A DNA stretch of 64,000 nt from Mustelus asterias (taxonomy: Eukaryota), in contig NC_135818.1 in assembly GCF_964213995.1 (NCBI RefSeq), positions 74,648,001 to 74,712,000 of the forward strand, written 5' to 3'. A program made the translations under genes and the position numbers. The first letter of the stretch is position 1; each line of letters begins with the position of its first letter. The notes below the pieces were generated by a model. The model was not told the origin of the DNA, did not search any database, and worked only from the letters and a program-made list of their open reading frames with translations. Positions 36,749 through 49,715 of this stretch are shown in pieces.

Positions 36749-38794
36749 TCTGCGATAGTTGTGTTGCGAGTGTAAAGCAGGAGCGTGGCGTCAGGCCACT
36801 ACAGTCACTGAGCGCAAACCTTCTGCCAACTCCAGCTATCAGTCGAAGCTCAGCACAAGCGTCAGACATGTAATTGAATATCTCCTGGTCCATGAACCAA
36901 TTTAGAGTCAGGCCTCAGAATAAACCCTGGGGAGCACCATAATCAGTTTGGCTGCAGGCAGGGTGAGAGATGTGGGGCAAGGAGAAGCAATACACGGAAT
37001 GTCCACAGGAAATGGGTCAGTGAAAGTTAAATATAATGTGAGTGTGACGAAAAAAAATCGAATGTAGGGCACTCGGCACGCATTTCTAAATAAATACCAA
37101 TAGCAATACGATAAGGGCTTACCATAATAAAGTAACAATAACATCCAAAAATAACCAAGGCAATAATTTTAAAGGTAATTAAGGACCCTGAAAGTGGAGC
37201 GGAGAAGCAAAACAATACAAAGAAGATGCAAAGTAGAATTCTGTTCTGCACCAGATGGATACTCTGCTCTTTTAAGAGCTGTTTAGCTCTTTGTGGCTTT
37301 AGCAAAGTAACGGAAATCCCCATCCAGTCCACGACTGATTACAGTGAGACGAGTTTCTGATGTCTGACCCTTGATAATATTATATAGATCATTAGATAGG
37401 TCCTTCGAAAACAGCCTGGTTGATTCTCAAGCTCAGATCAATTAAATAACTATTCACCCACCATGTTCGGGGACTTGACCCCAACTACATCATGCCCAAA
37501 GGGCGTTGCGGGGGTAAGAAACGATTCTCAAACTGACTCTCAAAAGCTTACTTTGGACCGTAGAGGGAGATAGCAGATTGGTGACTACCATCGTCGATGC
37601 GGAGCAGAGAGCAATGTAATGGGGAAAATGTGCTCGGCCACTTCATCGCGCCATTGGATCCAGCCTGTGGTTCAACAGTGACCCTTCTGGCTATGTGCAA
37701 GAAAAGTGGGAGGCCTAGACATTTCCTGGAATCGCTGACAGAAATGTTGACACAGAAGGAGACCATTTTGCCCACTGTGCCTGTGCAAGTTAATACTTAT
37801 TACTTGATGAGGTGGCTTTGATGGTGAAAGGGAAGTGGTCTAATATCTTGTATCATTCAGAATCTTTCTCTTCAGGGCATGGTAAGGCTGGGGGTGGCGG
37901 GGGGGGGGGGGGGGGGGCTGCGCAGTGTTGCAGTAAATGGCGATAGTGGGTGGAGGACAGTGTGAGGAAGTGGTGAGATTTTTAGATCTGTGATCGGTTC
38001 TTGCAAGTCTCAAGCTTCCTGGGGGCAATGGAATTGCAATGAAAATATTTGTCAAAAGTCAAGCATGAGTTGCCATAAAAATCGAAAGGCGTGACTCATG
38101 ACCCAAGCTCTTTTCAAGAGCTCCTGCGGTCCTTTGCTTTAAAGGGGCCACGTCTGCGTTTGTTTCCTTTCCTTCTTGCTAAATGATTACACCGTGTGTG
38201 GTCAGTTTGAGGAGGGCAGCGTTCAGCTGCTGTGCTGACCGCAAAGTGTATCACAGTGCAGCTTCGGGGCGAGCTGGAAGCAAAGCATGCACCTTGACCA
38301 ATCAGCAAGCATCGCGCGCTGGAAGAAGAAAGAAAGAAGCTCTAATCTAATCTTGATTTAACCACAAGTCTTACACCACGGTCTCACAGCAAGTGCGTTT
38401 TTAGAAAAAGAGAGACAGTCAGCAAAAATTTCAAGAGCAGACGCAAATAGTGTTAATATTAAAGGGTGGAATAAAACTAGCATGAACGTTGATCAGATCA
38501 AGATTTTATATCGAGCAATAGGAGATAGGAATGCTCGAGACTCTCTGATCAATTTGTCTGGTGCCAAAGCCCTGAAAAAGCTTGGCTGTACATGTCCCCT
38601 CCTACCCCACAATTACTTGTTTCATCAGCAAATTATTCCGCTCTCTCTCTGGAGTTATGAAATGAATGAATGAAATGTCTCCTCCAACTCCCTGGGCAGA
38701 CAATCACCAACCTCCATGCGAAGTCCTTCAGTTGAACAGATCTGGTTACATTTGTTCTTCTGAAGTGAAGTCCATTCCCTCTGGTTATTGACTT

Positions 38795-39075
38795 TTTTTT
38801 AAAATCACTCCTTGAAATGTGAACAGTATTAGTAACCTATTATCCAGCGCCTCTGCCAATGTTGCCTGAGAACATTCAGAGTCAACCGTGCAGAATGGGA
38901 CCAATTATACTCGGTTCAGACCAGATAACGGTGGTAAATTCCTTTCCATGGGGGGAAGATGAGGGGCGGGGAGGGGGAGGAATCTGTAAAGCAGTTGGAT
39001 TTTTGACTATAATCTAGAAGTTTTCATGATTCTGTTTCGAGCCCACAAGCCACCAGATGATTTAAATCCATTTGC
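38795..39075 (-). mobile_element. Highly diverged copy of the L2-tailed tRNA SINE
   Basis: Remnant motifs agagtcaacc...agaccagataacggtggtaaattcctttcc...ttttcatg. Confidence 0.45.
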
Positions 39076-39101
39076 GAGCATGGTAAGCTGTGAATGCTTA
39101 C

Positions 39102-39726
39102 AGGCTGAATTTCAGGCTCCCGCAGTGGAATGGTTGGTGGAGTTTGTATAAAATTAGGCACCATGGCAGTGGTGCCCGGTTCACCTCCTGCCCACCATTG
39201 CCCACCCCACAACAGATATTTTACCCGCGGCAGGACAAGGTTTTGGATAGCCCACTCTACAAAGCATGGCCATTTAAGGCCCCCTCCCTCCACTGCTGGG
39301 AATTTACCTGTGGCAAGGGAGGCCCACACCAAGTGTCCAGATGGCCAGATGGAAACTGACAGCTTTGTGGCTGGACCAGGGAGGGGCATCTCCTGTTATG
39401 GTATCCTGTGTCCATCAATGACCTCGCTGAGGTATTTGTAGTGCCATGTTTTCCCTCTTCCCTGTCCATCCCAAACCTCCCAAACATCATTGCCTGGGCT
39501 TGCTAGCCTGGTCCCGTTGAGATCCCGGGGTCTCACTGCAATCCCAACAATGGCCACACCTCCCAGGGAGCAGCACTTCCTCTCCGATGGGGGCAGAAAC
39601 CTCACCTCAAGCGAATTAAAGGCACAACAGCAGACAGACCAACCAAGTGGAGGTGGGCTCCCCTCCACCCCTGATCTCTATCGCAGGGAGCAGAGATCCT
39701 GCCCCCTTCACTTAAAATTCAGAACC
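39102..39726. mobile_element. Putative old non-autonomous DNA transposon
   Basis: Imperfect inverted ends ggctgaattt / aaattcagaacc; GC-richer than flanks; no coding signal. Confidence 0.35.
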
Positions 39727-40042
39727 ACATAGCTCGTCCAGTATCACGTAAGGCCCTCTCTACTGCTCCCTCAGTTAGAGAGGCCTAAACAAAGTTGTTT
39801 TATAATGGCTGCCTGCAATTGAATATTTCTTAGTCTTGCTCAATGCAATAGGCAACAGAAAGATACGGGTGAGGAAAGGATGGAACTGTTTTTTACATTT
39901 TGTTTTAGAAATTACGCACTGAAGAACACTATGACAGACTTTCAGAACTTCCAAAGGTGATTTTGAGGAAGTTTGAATGATTTGATAGGTTGAAACAATA
40001 GGACTGAAGTCATACTTCTCAAATGTGTATATGATAGATATG

Positions 40043-40232
40043 GGGTGGGATTTTCCCGCTCTTTCCACTGGCAGGATCTCCCGGTCCCACTGACAGGGCA
40101 CACCCGCCACAGGTTTCCGGGTAGCCGGTGGGGTGATTTAAATGGGAAATTCCATTGATAGCGGAGGGAGCAGTGGATCCCACCACCAGCCAATGGTGCA
40201 CCACTTCCTGCTACCAAAGTGGGGAGGCCAGA
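40043..40232. mobile_element. MITE related to 6382-6507
   Basis: Begins gggtgggattttccc; right end decayed. Confidence 0.5.
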
Positions 40233-40717
40233 GAGTCAAGTGCATGGATTCTGAAGTTATGTTATTGAGCAGGAAGAGCAAGGCTTGTCCTCAGTCAGAG
40301 AGCAAGAAAAATAACACACGGAAAATTGGAGCACTAGGGCTGAATATATAATTCTAGCACCCACTGCCAGATATTCACAACTTACTTTAAAGGTCGATAC
40401 AGATACACCTACAGCAGAGTCTGGCTTCTCAAGGAAAGCACAAGAAATCCTTAAGTCACTTTCCATTATGCAAAACTGATGTGAAACTGACTAGCTATTC
40501 CAATGCCAACATTCCAGTGTTGAGAGAAGTTAATGTCAGGATAGAGTATGATCCTATTACTTGCCGTTGGTGATAGCAGGAGAGAACAAATTCTCCCTGA
40601 TGTCAAGGAATTAGCTTAAGAAGATACACTTACACTGGGTTGTGTTAATTACAGTCGGGATCAGTAAGAACATGTTTGACATTGACAAAAGTGCGAAGAG
40701 AGCGCAAACCAGGCAAC

Positions 40718-41010
40718 ATGGTGGGACAGTGGCACGGTTAGCACTGCTGCCTCACAGCGCCAGGGATTCGGGTTCAATTTCCGACTTGGGTCACTGTCTG
40801 TGTGGAGTCTGCACATTCTCCCCGTGTCTGCGTGGATTTCCTCCGGGTGCTCCGGTTTCCTCCCACAGTCCGAAAGACATGCTGATTAGGTGCATTGGCC
40901 ATGCTAAATTGACCCTCAGTGTACCCGAACAAGCGCAACTACGGAATTTTCACAGTAACTTCGTTGCAGTGTTAATGTGAGCCTACTTGTGACACTAACA
41001 AATAAACTTA
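40718..41010 (+). mobile_element. HE1-type V-SINE type B
   Basis: Head, V core, type B tail. Confidence 0.9.
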
Positions 41011-41140
41011 AAGTGGTCTTTGAGCAAGGACGATCAAATGATAAAATTAGACAAAGCAGGGCCCAAGTCAAGATAAGGGACAATGTACATCCAATACTTT
41101 GCCTTTGCATACAGTTAAAAGCAGCAAGTAATTAGCTGAG

Positions 41141-43104
41141 GTGGGAGGTCGTGTCTCACAAACATGATCGAGTTTTTCGATGAAGTGACGAAGGTGATTG
41201 ATGAGGGTTGGGCAGTGGATGTTGTCTACATGGACTTCAGGAAGGCCTTTGACAAGGTCCCTCATGGCAGACTGATGCAGAAGGTGAAGTTGCATGGGAT
41301 CAGAGGTGAGCTGGCAAGGTGGATACAAAACTGGCTCGGTCAAAGAAGACAGAGGGTAGCAGTGGAAGGGTGTGTTTCTGAATGGAGGGCTATAACAAGT
41401 GGTGTTCCTCAGGGATCAGTGCTGGGACCTTTGCTGTTTGTAATATATATAAATGATTTGGAGGAAAATGTAGCTGGTTTGATTAGTAAGTTTGCGGACG
41501 ACACAAAGGTTGGTGGATTTGCGGATAGCGATGAGGACCATCAGAGGATACAGCAGGATATAGATCAGTTGGAGACTTGGACAGAGAGATGGCAGATGGA
41601 GTTTAATCCGGACAAATGTGAGGTAATGAACATAAGAACATAAGAAATAGGAGCAGGAGTAGGCCATCTAGCCCCTCGAGCCTGCCCCGCCATTCAATAA
41701 GATCATGGCTGATCTGATAGTGGTTTAGTTCCACTTACCCGCCCGCTCCCCATATCCCTTAATTCCCTTATTGATCAGAAATCTATCTACCTGTGACTTA
41801 AACATATTTAACGAGGTAGCCTCCACTGCTTCAATGGGCAGAGAATTCCAGAGATTCACTACCCTCTGAGAGAAGAAGTTCCTCCTCAACTCTGTTCTAA
41901 ACTGACTCCCCCTTATTTTGAGGCTGTGTCCTCTAGTTCTTGTTTCCTTTCTAAGTGGAAAGAATCTCTCTGCTTCTACCCTGTCTTGCCCCTTCATTAT
42001 CTTATATGTCTCTATAAGATCTCCCCTCAGCCTTCTAAACTCCAACGAGTACAGGCCCAATCTACTCAATCTCTCCTCATAAGCTAACCCCCTCATCTCT
42101 GGTATCAACCTGGTGAACCTTCTCTGTACTCCTTCCAAGGCCAATATATCCTTCCGCAAATAATGGGACCAAAATTGCACACAGTACTCTAGTTGCGGCC
42201 TCACCAGTACTTGGTACAATTGCAGCAAGACCTCCCTGCTTTTATACTCCATCCCCTTCGCGATAAAGGCCAACATTCCATTTGCCTTCTTGATCACCTG
42301 CTGCACCTGCAAACTGAGTTTTTGCGATTCATGCATTTTGGAAGGTCTAATACAGATAGAAAATATACAGTAAATGGCAGAAGTCTTAAGAGTATTGAAA
42401 AGCAAAGGGATCTGGGTGTACAGGTACACAGGTCACTGAAAGTGGCAATGCAAGTGGAGAAGGAAGTTAAGAAGGCATACGGCATGCTTGCCTCATTGGC
42501 CGGGGTATTGAGTTTAAAAATTGGCAAGTCATGTTGCAGCTTTATAGAACCTTAGTTAGGCCGCACTTGGAATATAGTGTTCAATTTTGGTCGCCACACT
42601 ACCAGAAGGATGTGGAGGCTTGGGAGAGGGTACAGAAAAGATTTACCAGGATGTTGCCTGGTATGAGGAGAGGTTGGAGAAACTTGGTTTGTTCTCACTG
42701 GAGCGACGGAGGTTGAGGGGAGACCTGATAGAAGTCTACAAGATTATGAGAGGACTGGACAGAGTGGATAGTCAGAAGCTTTTTCCCAGGGTGGAAGAGT
42801 CAATTACTAGGAGGCATAGGTTTAAGGTGCGAGGGGCAAGGTTTAAAAGACATGTACGAGGCAGATTTTTTACACAGAGAGTGGTAGGTGCCTGGAACTC
42901 ATTGCCGGGGGAGGTAGTGGAAGCGGATACGGTAGTGACTTTTAAGGGACGTCTTAACAAGTACATGAATGAGATGGGAATAGAGGAATATGGTCCCCGG
43001 AAGGGTAGGGGGTTTTAGTTAAGTCGGTCATCATGATCTTTGCCGGCTTGGAGGGCCGAAGGGCCTATTCCTGTGCTGTAATTTTCTTTGTTCTTTGTTC
43101 TTTG
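41141..43104 (+). mobile_element. CR1 LINE, 5'-truncated, interrupted at 41629-42329
   Basis: DFRKAFDKVPH, GVPQGSVLGPLLF, KFADDTK; the frame ...DKCEVM resumes as HFGRSN after the insert; (ttctttg)n tail. Confidence 0.92.
41629..42332 (-). mobile_element. Young CR1 of another subfamily nested in opposite orientation
   Basis: Uninterrupted frame HESQKLSLQVQQ...GERAGKWN; (aacataag)n tail; same subfamily as 17640-19266. Confidence 0.92.
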
Positions 43105-43879
43105 CACAGATTAGAAAAACAGGGGCAATTGAGAAGCTGAAGAGCAGTAAATGGGCCACACCCATTGTGGTTGTTCAAAAGCAGATGGGTCTGTTCAGAG
43201 TTGTGGAGATTACAAGCAAACTGTAAATAAGGTGATTGAAAATGATACTTACCCACTGCCAGCTAGTGAAGATTTGTTTTCTAATTTAGCCAATGGGAAG
43301 GCGTTCAGCAAGATACAATGCAAATACGCATTTAGAATTAACTGACTTGAGTTGAGAACTGTTTCCCATTCAGAAACACAAAGAGTTGTACCAGTATGAA
43401 AGGTTGTTGCTTGGGGTGTCTACTGCTCACACAATGTTCCAGAACATCATGGATCACCTGCGAAGTGGGATGAAAGGACTATGCTGCTTTTTAAATGACA
43501 TTCTAATTAGCAGTAAGACAGTGCAAGAGCACATTGTAAAATTGAATAAAGCCCTACAGTAACTTCAAGAGTTTGGCATCAAAGCTGAAAAACAGGAATG
43601 TTGCTTCATGGTGTCAAGTGTAACATATCTGAGTCCCTGAATAAATGGCGATGGGTTATCCACTCAATGCAGGAGAAGATTGAGGGGATTTTGAAAGTAA
43701 AGAGACCTGAGGACTAAAAGCTTAAACATTTATAGCAATTGTGTATTATTAAGTTAATTTCTGAGTTAGCAAATACATTCACTCCACTGTATCAACTGCT
43801 CATTGAAAGTGGTCTGTGGAATGCCAGCAAGCTTTTGGAGAAGTAAAGAAAATACTAGTGATGCTGTTTGGACCCATTT

Positions 43880-44224
43880 TCATATAATTCCTACAGTACA
43901 GAAGGACACCATTCAGCCCATTGAGTCTGCACCAGCCCACCTTTTTATCTTACCCAGGCCCTATCCCCGTAACCCCACATATTTACCCCACTAATCTCCC
44001 TAATCTACACATCTTGGGACTCTGAGGGACAATTTAGCATGACCAGTCCACACAACCTGCACAGCTTTGGACTGTGGGAAAAAACTGGAGCACCCGGAAG
44101 AAACCCATGCAGACACGGGAATAACATGCAAATTCCACACAGACAGTCACCCAAGGCTGGAATTGAACCCGGGTCCCTGGCGCGGTGAGGCAGCAGCGCT
44201 AACCACTATGTCACTATGCCGCCA
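43880..44224 (-). mobile_element. HE1 type A nested in Gypsy
   Basis: Full minus-strand copy. Confidence 0.88.
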
Positions 44225-44292
44225 AGAAAAAATTGGTTTTAGCACACCACAATGGTTAGGTATGATTTTATCTCACATAATGGATGATAGTG

Positions 44293-44470
44293 TTTTTATT
44301 CATTCAATGGATCTGGGCTTTGCTGGCTAGGCCAGCATTCATTGCACTTCCCTAATTGCCCTTGGGAAGGTGGTGGTGAGCTGCCTTCTTGAACCACTGC
44401 AATCCATGTGGTATAGGTACACTCACAGTGTTGTTAAGGAGGGAGATCCAAGATTTTGACCCAGCAACAG
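44293..44470 (-). mobile_element. L2-like 3' end nested in Gypsy RNase H
   Basis: Reverse-complement similarity to 2540-2710. Confidence 0.65.
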
Positions 44471-45486
44471 TGTGGAGAAGCCTGTAACATATACTTCAAA
44501 TACTTTAATGAAGTCAGAACAAAAATTAGTCCCAAGTTGAGAAAGAGACATCAGCGATCATTCATCATTTTACTAAGTTCTACAGACACTTAGGCAGTGG
44601 AAAGTATACTTTTTTAATTGACCATAAAGCCCTTGTGATAAAAAAGGGAGTACCATCACTAAAGGCAGCATAACTTCAGAGGTGGCTCCCTAGTGTGATC
44701 TTAAATCAGCAGATCATGCAAATGCTAATGTTCTTCAAGGCTTCTGTGAGGACTGATTCATTTCATTCGTTTATAGCCACTGGGTTACCTTACATACACA
44801 AATAGCATGCCAATATCTACAGGGAAATTAATGAAGGAACTTGCAAGGATGTGGTGCTTAGTAAAGTGCTTAGTTATGCCAATAAATGGCTGTCTTAAAG
44901 AGTGTGATGATAAGAAATTGCAGAAGTATTTCATACATAGAAAGGAACAGAGTGTAGATCAAAGCTGTTTCTCAGGGGGTTTAAGAGTCATTATTATGTT
45001 CAATATTTGGAGAGAGATTATTAAGAGAAACTTCATCAAGAACATACAGGGTCCATGTAAAAACAGTAACAAGAAGCTATTTTTGATATCCAAAGGAAAT
45101 ATTGAAAAGTTGTGAAGAGTATCTCAGAATGAGAAATGTGTCAACCAAAATTCCTTTCATTCCATGGTAACTCATTATAAAGCTGCGAGAATGAGTACAG
45201 ATCAATTTTCTTTGAGGTGGTAAAGAAGAAGTATCTTGTTGTGGTCATTGGATGTATCAAGTGGATAAATGTTGAGTCTATGTTCAATCCCAGCAGTTTC
45301 AAAACTATTGACATTTTGGGAAGTTGGTTTGCGATTAATGAGCTGCCAAGGGTGTTGGTGTTAAATAATGGTCTACAGTTTACACCGGAAGAGTTTAAAA
45401 TATTCATGAGTTAGAATGGAATCGAACACATTCTATTGTTATATTATCCAACATTGAATAGTGCTGCAGAAAGGAGTGCATAGATT

Positions 45487-45798
45487 GGCACAGTGGCACA
45501 AGTGGTTAGCACTGCTGCTTCACAGTGCCAGGGACCTGGGTTCAATTCCGACCAAGGTTGTGCTGGCCTAACCAGCAAAGCCCAGATCCACTGAATGAAT
45601 TAAAACAAACTTCCACAGTCCAACGTTGTGCAGGTTAGATTGATTGACCATGTTAAATTGCTTCTTAGTGTCAGGGGGAATAGCAAGGTAAATATGTGGA
45701 GTTACGGAGAAAGGGCGTGGGTGGGATTGTTGTTGGTGCAGGCTCAATAGGCCGAATCGCCTCCTCCTGCACTGTAGGAATTCTACAATATTATGATT
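45487..45798 (+). mobile_element. HE1 type A with its middle replaced by a templated insert
   Basis: Head at 45487-45557, core and tail from ~45612. Confidence 0.85.
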
Positions 45799-47345
45799 GT
45801 GAGAATAAATTTGCACATGGACTCCCAAGGTGACAACCTGGGCAGTAATTTTCATGTTCCTCATCAACACAGGCTGAATGATTTTTGTTCTTGTACAAAA
45901 TCACACCATAGTTTACAACAGGCTGTTCACCTTACGGGTTAATGTTTGAACACACTTGTAAGACTAGGTTTAGTTTGTTTAGCCACAGAGTAAGAGAAAA
46001 GCAAGACAAAGTGAAGATGAGTCATGATGCACCAGGTATGAAAGCTAAAGAGTCCAGTGCTGCTCAGAAGGTCATGTTGAGGGGATAAGCAGAAATATGT
46101 GATTGAAGTTGTTGTAAAGAGACTAGTGCATTCATTTATCGAATCAATATTTGAGAGGGACTCCATCAGAGTCATGTACACCATTTGATTGAAAAAGGAA
46201 ATTTGACAGAGGAAGAGCATGGTAACCCTCCTACAGTCCAAATTCCACCTATCATCCAAAGTCAAAGTCAGAAAGGAAACAAAAGCCACAACAAAATGAA
46301 AGTTTGCCAGTATCACAGAGCCCACCTGAGGATCACATTGAGCCAAGCTCTTTGATTAAGACAAATCAGTCAATGTTACAGTCTGAACAGTCAAAGTTCA
46401 GGATTGACACAGCAATGTTGAGAGAATAGAATCAAGCTAATTGAAATGGAAGGAGATACCCAGACAGATAGAGAGAGACACCAGATTGGTTAATTGAGAG
46501 TATATAGGGAGGAAGAAGAAATACATTCTTCTTTTCATTTCTTCTCGTCAAGTGATGATATGTTAAGGAAAAAAGAAGCATTATTTATATGTAAATCATT
46601 TCGGTAGTTAGTATAAGTCATATGATTTTTGTTGCGGTTGCAGTAAAAGCAAATAAGCAGTCCGACCTGTTAAATGTGCAGGTGTTGTGGATGTTGGATT
46701 AGTTATTCTGGGAACTTACTTGGACCATTTTACGTGTTTTTTTCTGAAGTTGGGAGGGAGTGTCTACAGAGCTCTCTCTGCTGCCCTCTCTGTTGCGGAG
46801 GTGTAAATAAAGTTGTTTAATCATGGCTGCCTGCAGTCGAGCATGCATTAGTCTTAATGCAATACACATCTTTTGATTTCCATACTTACCTGCAGCCATG
46901 TTAAACAATTTCCCAAATACCAGACCGTACTGGAAATCAGAAATAAAAGCAAAAAAAAATGCCAGAAATACACAGTAGTTCTGGCACAATTTGTGGCGAA
47001 AGGAACAGGATTGACATCTCAAATTGTGACCTTTTATCAGAACTGGAAAAGGTTGGAAAGATGATGGATTTTAGCAAATAAAAGATCATCCTCCACCATT
47101 TCTACCAGCACAATACAATCACTGCAGACAATTTGCCCTCCCATGTCCTATCAGCATTCTGAAAGGGCCATCCTTTCTATGGCACTCCTGTCCACTCATC
47201 AATCACCCCAACATCCCCTCCTCTTCCTCTGCCACCTTTCCAAGCATGTGCAAGCATCGGCCTTTTACCATATCTCTCCTCACCATCCAACAAACCAAAC
47301 ACTTCATGGCGACACAGTGGCACAGCAGTTAATGCTGCCTCACAG

Positions 47346-48599
47346 GACACACGCATCTCCATTAAGGACGGTCACCTCAGCACCTCACTGTACCGCAAGC
47401 CCACGGATAACCTCAAGATGCTCCACTTCTCCAGCTTCCACCCTAAACACGTTAAAGAAGCCATCCCCTACGGACAAGCCCTCCGTATACACAGGATCTG
47501 CTCGGATGAGGAGGATCGCAACAGACACCTCCAGACGCTGAAAGATGCCATCATAAGAACAGGATATGGCGCTCGACTCATTGATCAACAGTTCCAACGC
47601 GCCACAGCGAAAAACTGCACCGACCTCCTCAGAAGACAAACACGGGACACGGTGAACAGAGTACCCTTCGTCGTCCAGTACTTCCCCAGAGCGGAGAAGC
47701 TACGGCATCTCCTCCGGAGCCTTCAACATGTCATTGATGAAGACGAACATCTCGCCAAGGCCATCCCCACACCCCCACTTCTTGCCTTCAAACAACCACG
47801 CAACCTCAAACAGACCTTGTCCGCAGCAAACTACCCAGCCTTCAGGAGAACAGTGACCACGACACCATACAACCCTGCCACAGCAACCTCTGCAAGACGT
47901 GCCGGATCATCGACACGGATGCCATCATCTCACGTGAGAACACCATCTACCAGGTACACGGTACCTACTCTTGCAACTCGGCCAACATTGTCTACCTGAT
48001 ACGCTGCAGGAAAGGATGTCCCGAGGCATGGTACATTGGGGAAACCATGCAGACGCTACGACAACGGATGAATGAACACCGCTCGACAATCACCAGGCAA
48101 GACTGTTCTCTTCCTGTGGGGGAGCACTTCAGCAGTCACGGGCATTCAGCCTTGGATCTTCAGGTAAGCGTTCTCCAAGGCGGCCTTCACGACACACAAC
48201 AGCGCAGAGTCGCTGAGCAGAAACTGATAGCCAAGTTCCGCACACATGAGGACGGCCTAAACCAGGATGTTGGATTTATGTCACATTATCAGTAACCCCC
48301 ACAGCTTGCCTCCTGGGCTTGCAGAATCTCACGAGCTGCTCTGTCTGGAGACAATACACATCTCTTTAACCTGTGTTTAATGCTCCCTCCACCCACATTG
48401 TCTGTACCTTTAAGACCTGGCTGGCTTCAGGGATTTGCATTCTAACCAGTATTCTGTAACTTGATGTTGTGTCGCTGTGCACTGTTTGAGAGCACATTTC
48501 CACTCCATCTGACAAAGGAGCAGCGCTCCGAAAGCTTATGGTATTTGCTACCAAATAAACCTGTTGGACTTTAACCTGGTGTTGCGAGACTTCTTCCTG
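47346..48599 (+). mobile_element. Young 5'-truncated Penelope-like element (RT thumb, Cys linker, GIY-YIG endonuclease, terminal repeat)
   Basis: LYRKPTD..MLHFSSFHPKH..AIPYGQALRIHRICS; frameshift near 47815; PCHSNLCKTC; NIVYLIRC...WYIGETMQTLRQRMNEH; CpG-rich; TSD gcctcacag at 47337-47345 and 48600-48608. Confidence 0.92.
48505..48541 (+). ncRNA. Minimal type I hammerhead ribozyme motif in the PLE terminal repeat (core G8>A)
   Basis: CCAU CUGACAA A GGAGC AGC GCUCC GAA AGCU U AUGG. Confidence 0.65.
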
Positions 48600-48869
48600 G
48601 CCTCACAGCGCCAGGGACTCAGGCTCAATTCCCGGCTTGGGTCACTGTCTGTGTGGAGTCTGCACATTCTCCCCGTGTCGGCGTGGGTTTCCTCCGGGTG
48701 CTCCGGTTTCCTCCTGCAGTCTGAAAGACGTGCTGGTTAGGTGCATTGGCCACGCTAAATTCTCCCTCAGTGTACCCGAACAGGCACCGGAGTGTGGTGA
48801 CTGGGGGATTTTCACAGTAACTTCATTGCAGTGTTAATGTAAGCCTACTTATGACACTAATAAATAAAC
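48600..48869 (+). mobile_element. HE1 type B (its head lies at 47307-47345, split off by the Penelope insertion)
   Basis: The SINE sequence resumes exactly at the duplicated gcctcacag. Confidence 0.9.
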
Positions 48870-49360
48870 AAGGTGAGACAGCGGTTAATGTGTGACTCAT
48901 CTCACTTTGGTACACTGCTTCCAATGCTCCACAAGGAAGGGACTAAACCCAGATTGGGGGACCAACATGCGGGACTCTGCCATTCAACCGACACGTATGA
49001 CCTGAACTTCCCTCGCTTGTCACAAGGAGTCTCCACCTTTCTCTCACACTAACTTCTCTTTCCTTGGCCCACCGCAGTATTCCAATGGAGCTTAACCTCA
49101 TCTTTCAACTTAACCCAATCATTGTGTTCAACCATTTCAAAAGCATAATCTCGGCCCTCATTTTATTTCCTTTTCTTTGCAGGCCTTGGTTTTAGTCCTA
49201 TTTTTCCCTTCTTTCTGCTTTCAGGCAGCTGTTCATTCACCTGCCTTCACACCTCCTCTGGACACATCTTTTGTTTCTTTGTCACTGTAAAGTGGGCCTT
49301 ACACCACCAACATTTTTGTCATTTAATCACTTCTGCCTTTCATCCTATCACAGACCTTCA

Positions 49361-49715
49361 AAGAACAAAGAACAGAGAACAAAGAACAGTATAGCACAGG
49401 AACAGGCCCTTTGGCCCTCCAAGCCTGCGTCGATCACATTGTCCTATGTAGACAAACCGCCTGTATCCCTCTATTCCCCGTCTGTTCATATGTCTATCCA
49501 GTCTTAAATGGCGCTAACGTGACGGCCTCAACCAGCTCACTTCAGGCATTCCAGGCCCCCACCAGTCTCTGTGCAAAAAAGCTTCCCCCAAACATCTCCA
49601 CTGAACATTTCCCCCCTTACTTTGAACTTGTGCCTCCTTGTAATTGTCATCTCTGCCCTGGGAAAAAGCTTCCAACTGTTCACCCTATCTGCATCCCACA
49701 TATTTTTATAAACTT
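49361..49715 (-). mobile_element. CR1 LINE 3' end
   Basis: (aaagaac)n tail; similar to 19869-20284. Confidence 0.8.

Larger units (their letters stand above)
43108..46580 (+). mobile_element. Old, heavily decayed Gypsy (Mag-like) pol region with nested SINE/LINE inserts
   Basis: WATPIVVV, KADGSV..CGDYKQTVN...YPLP..EDLF (RT); ILSHIMDD and SQVEKE (RNase H); NNGLQFTPEEFKIF (integrase); purine tract near 46565-46578. Confidence 0.75.
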
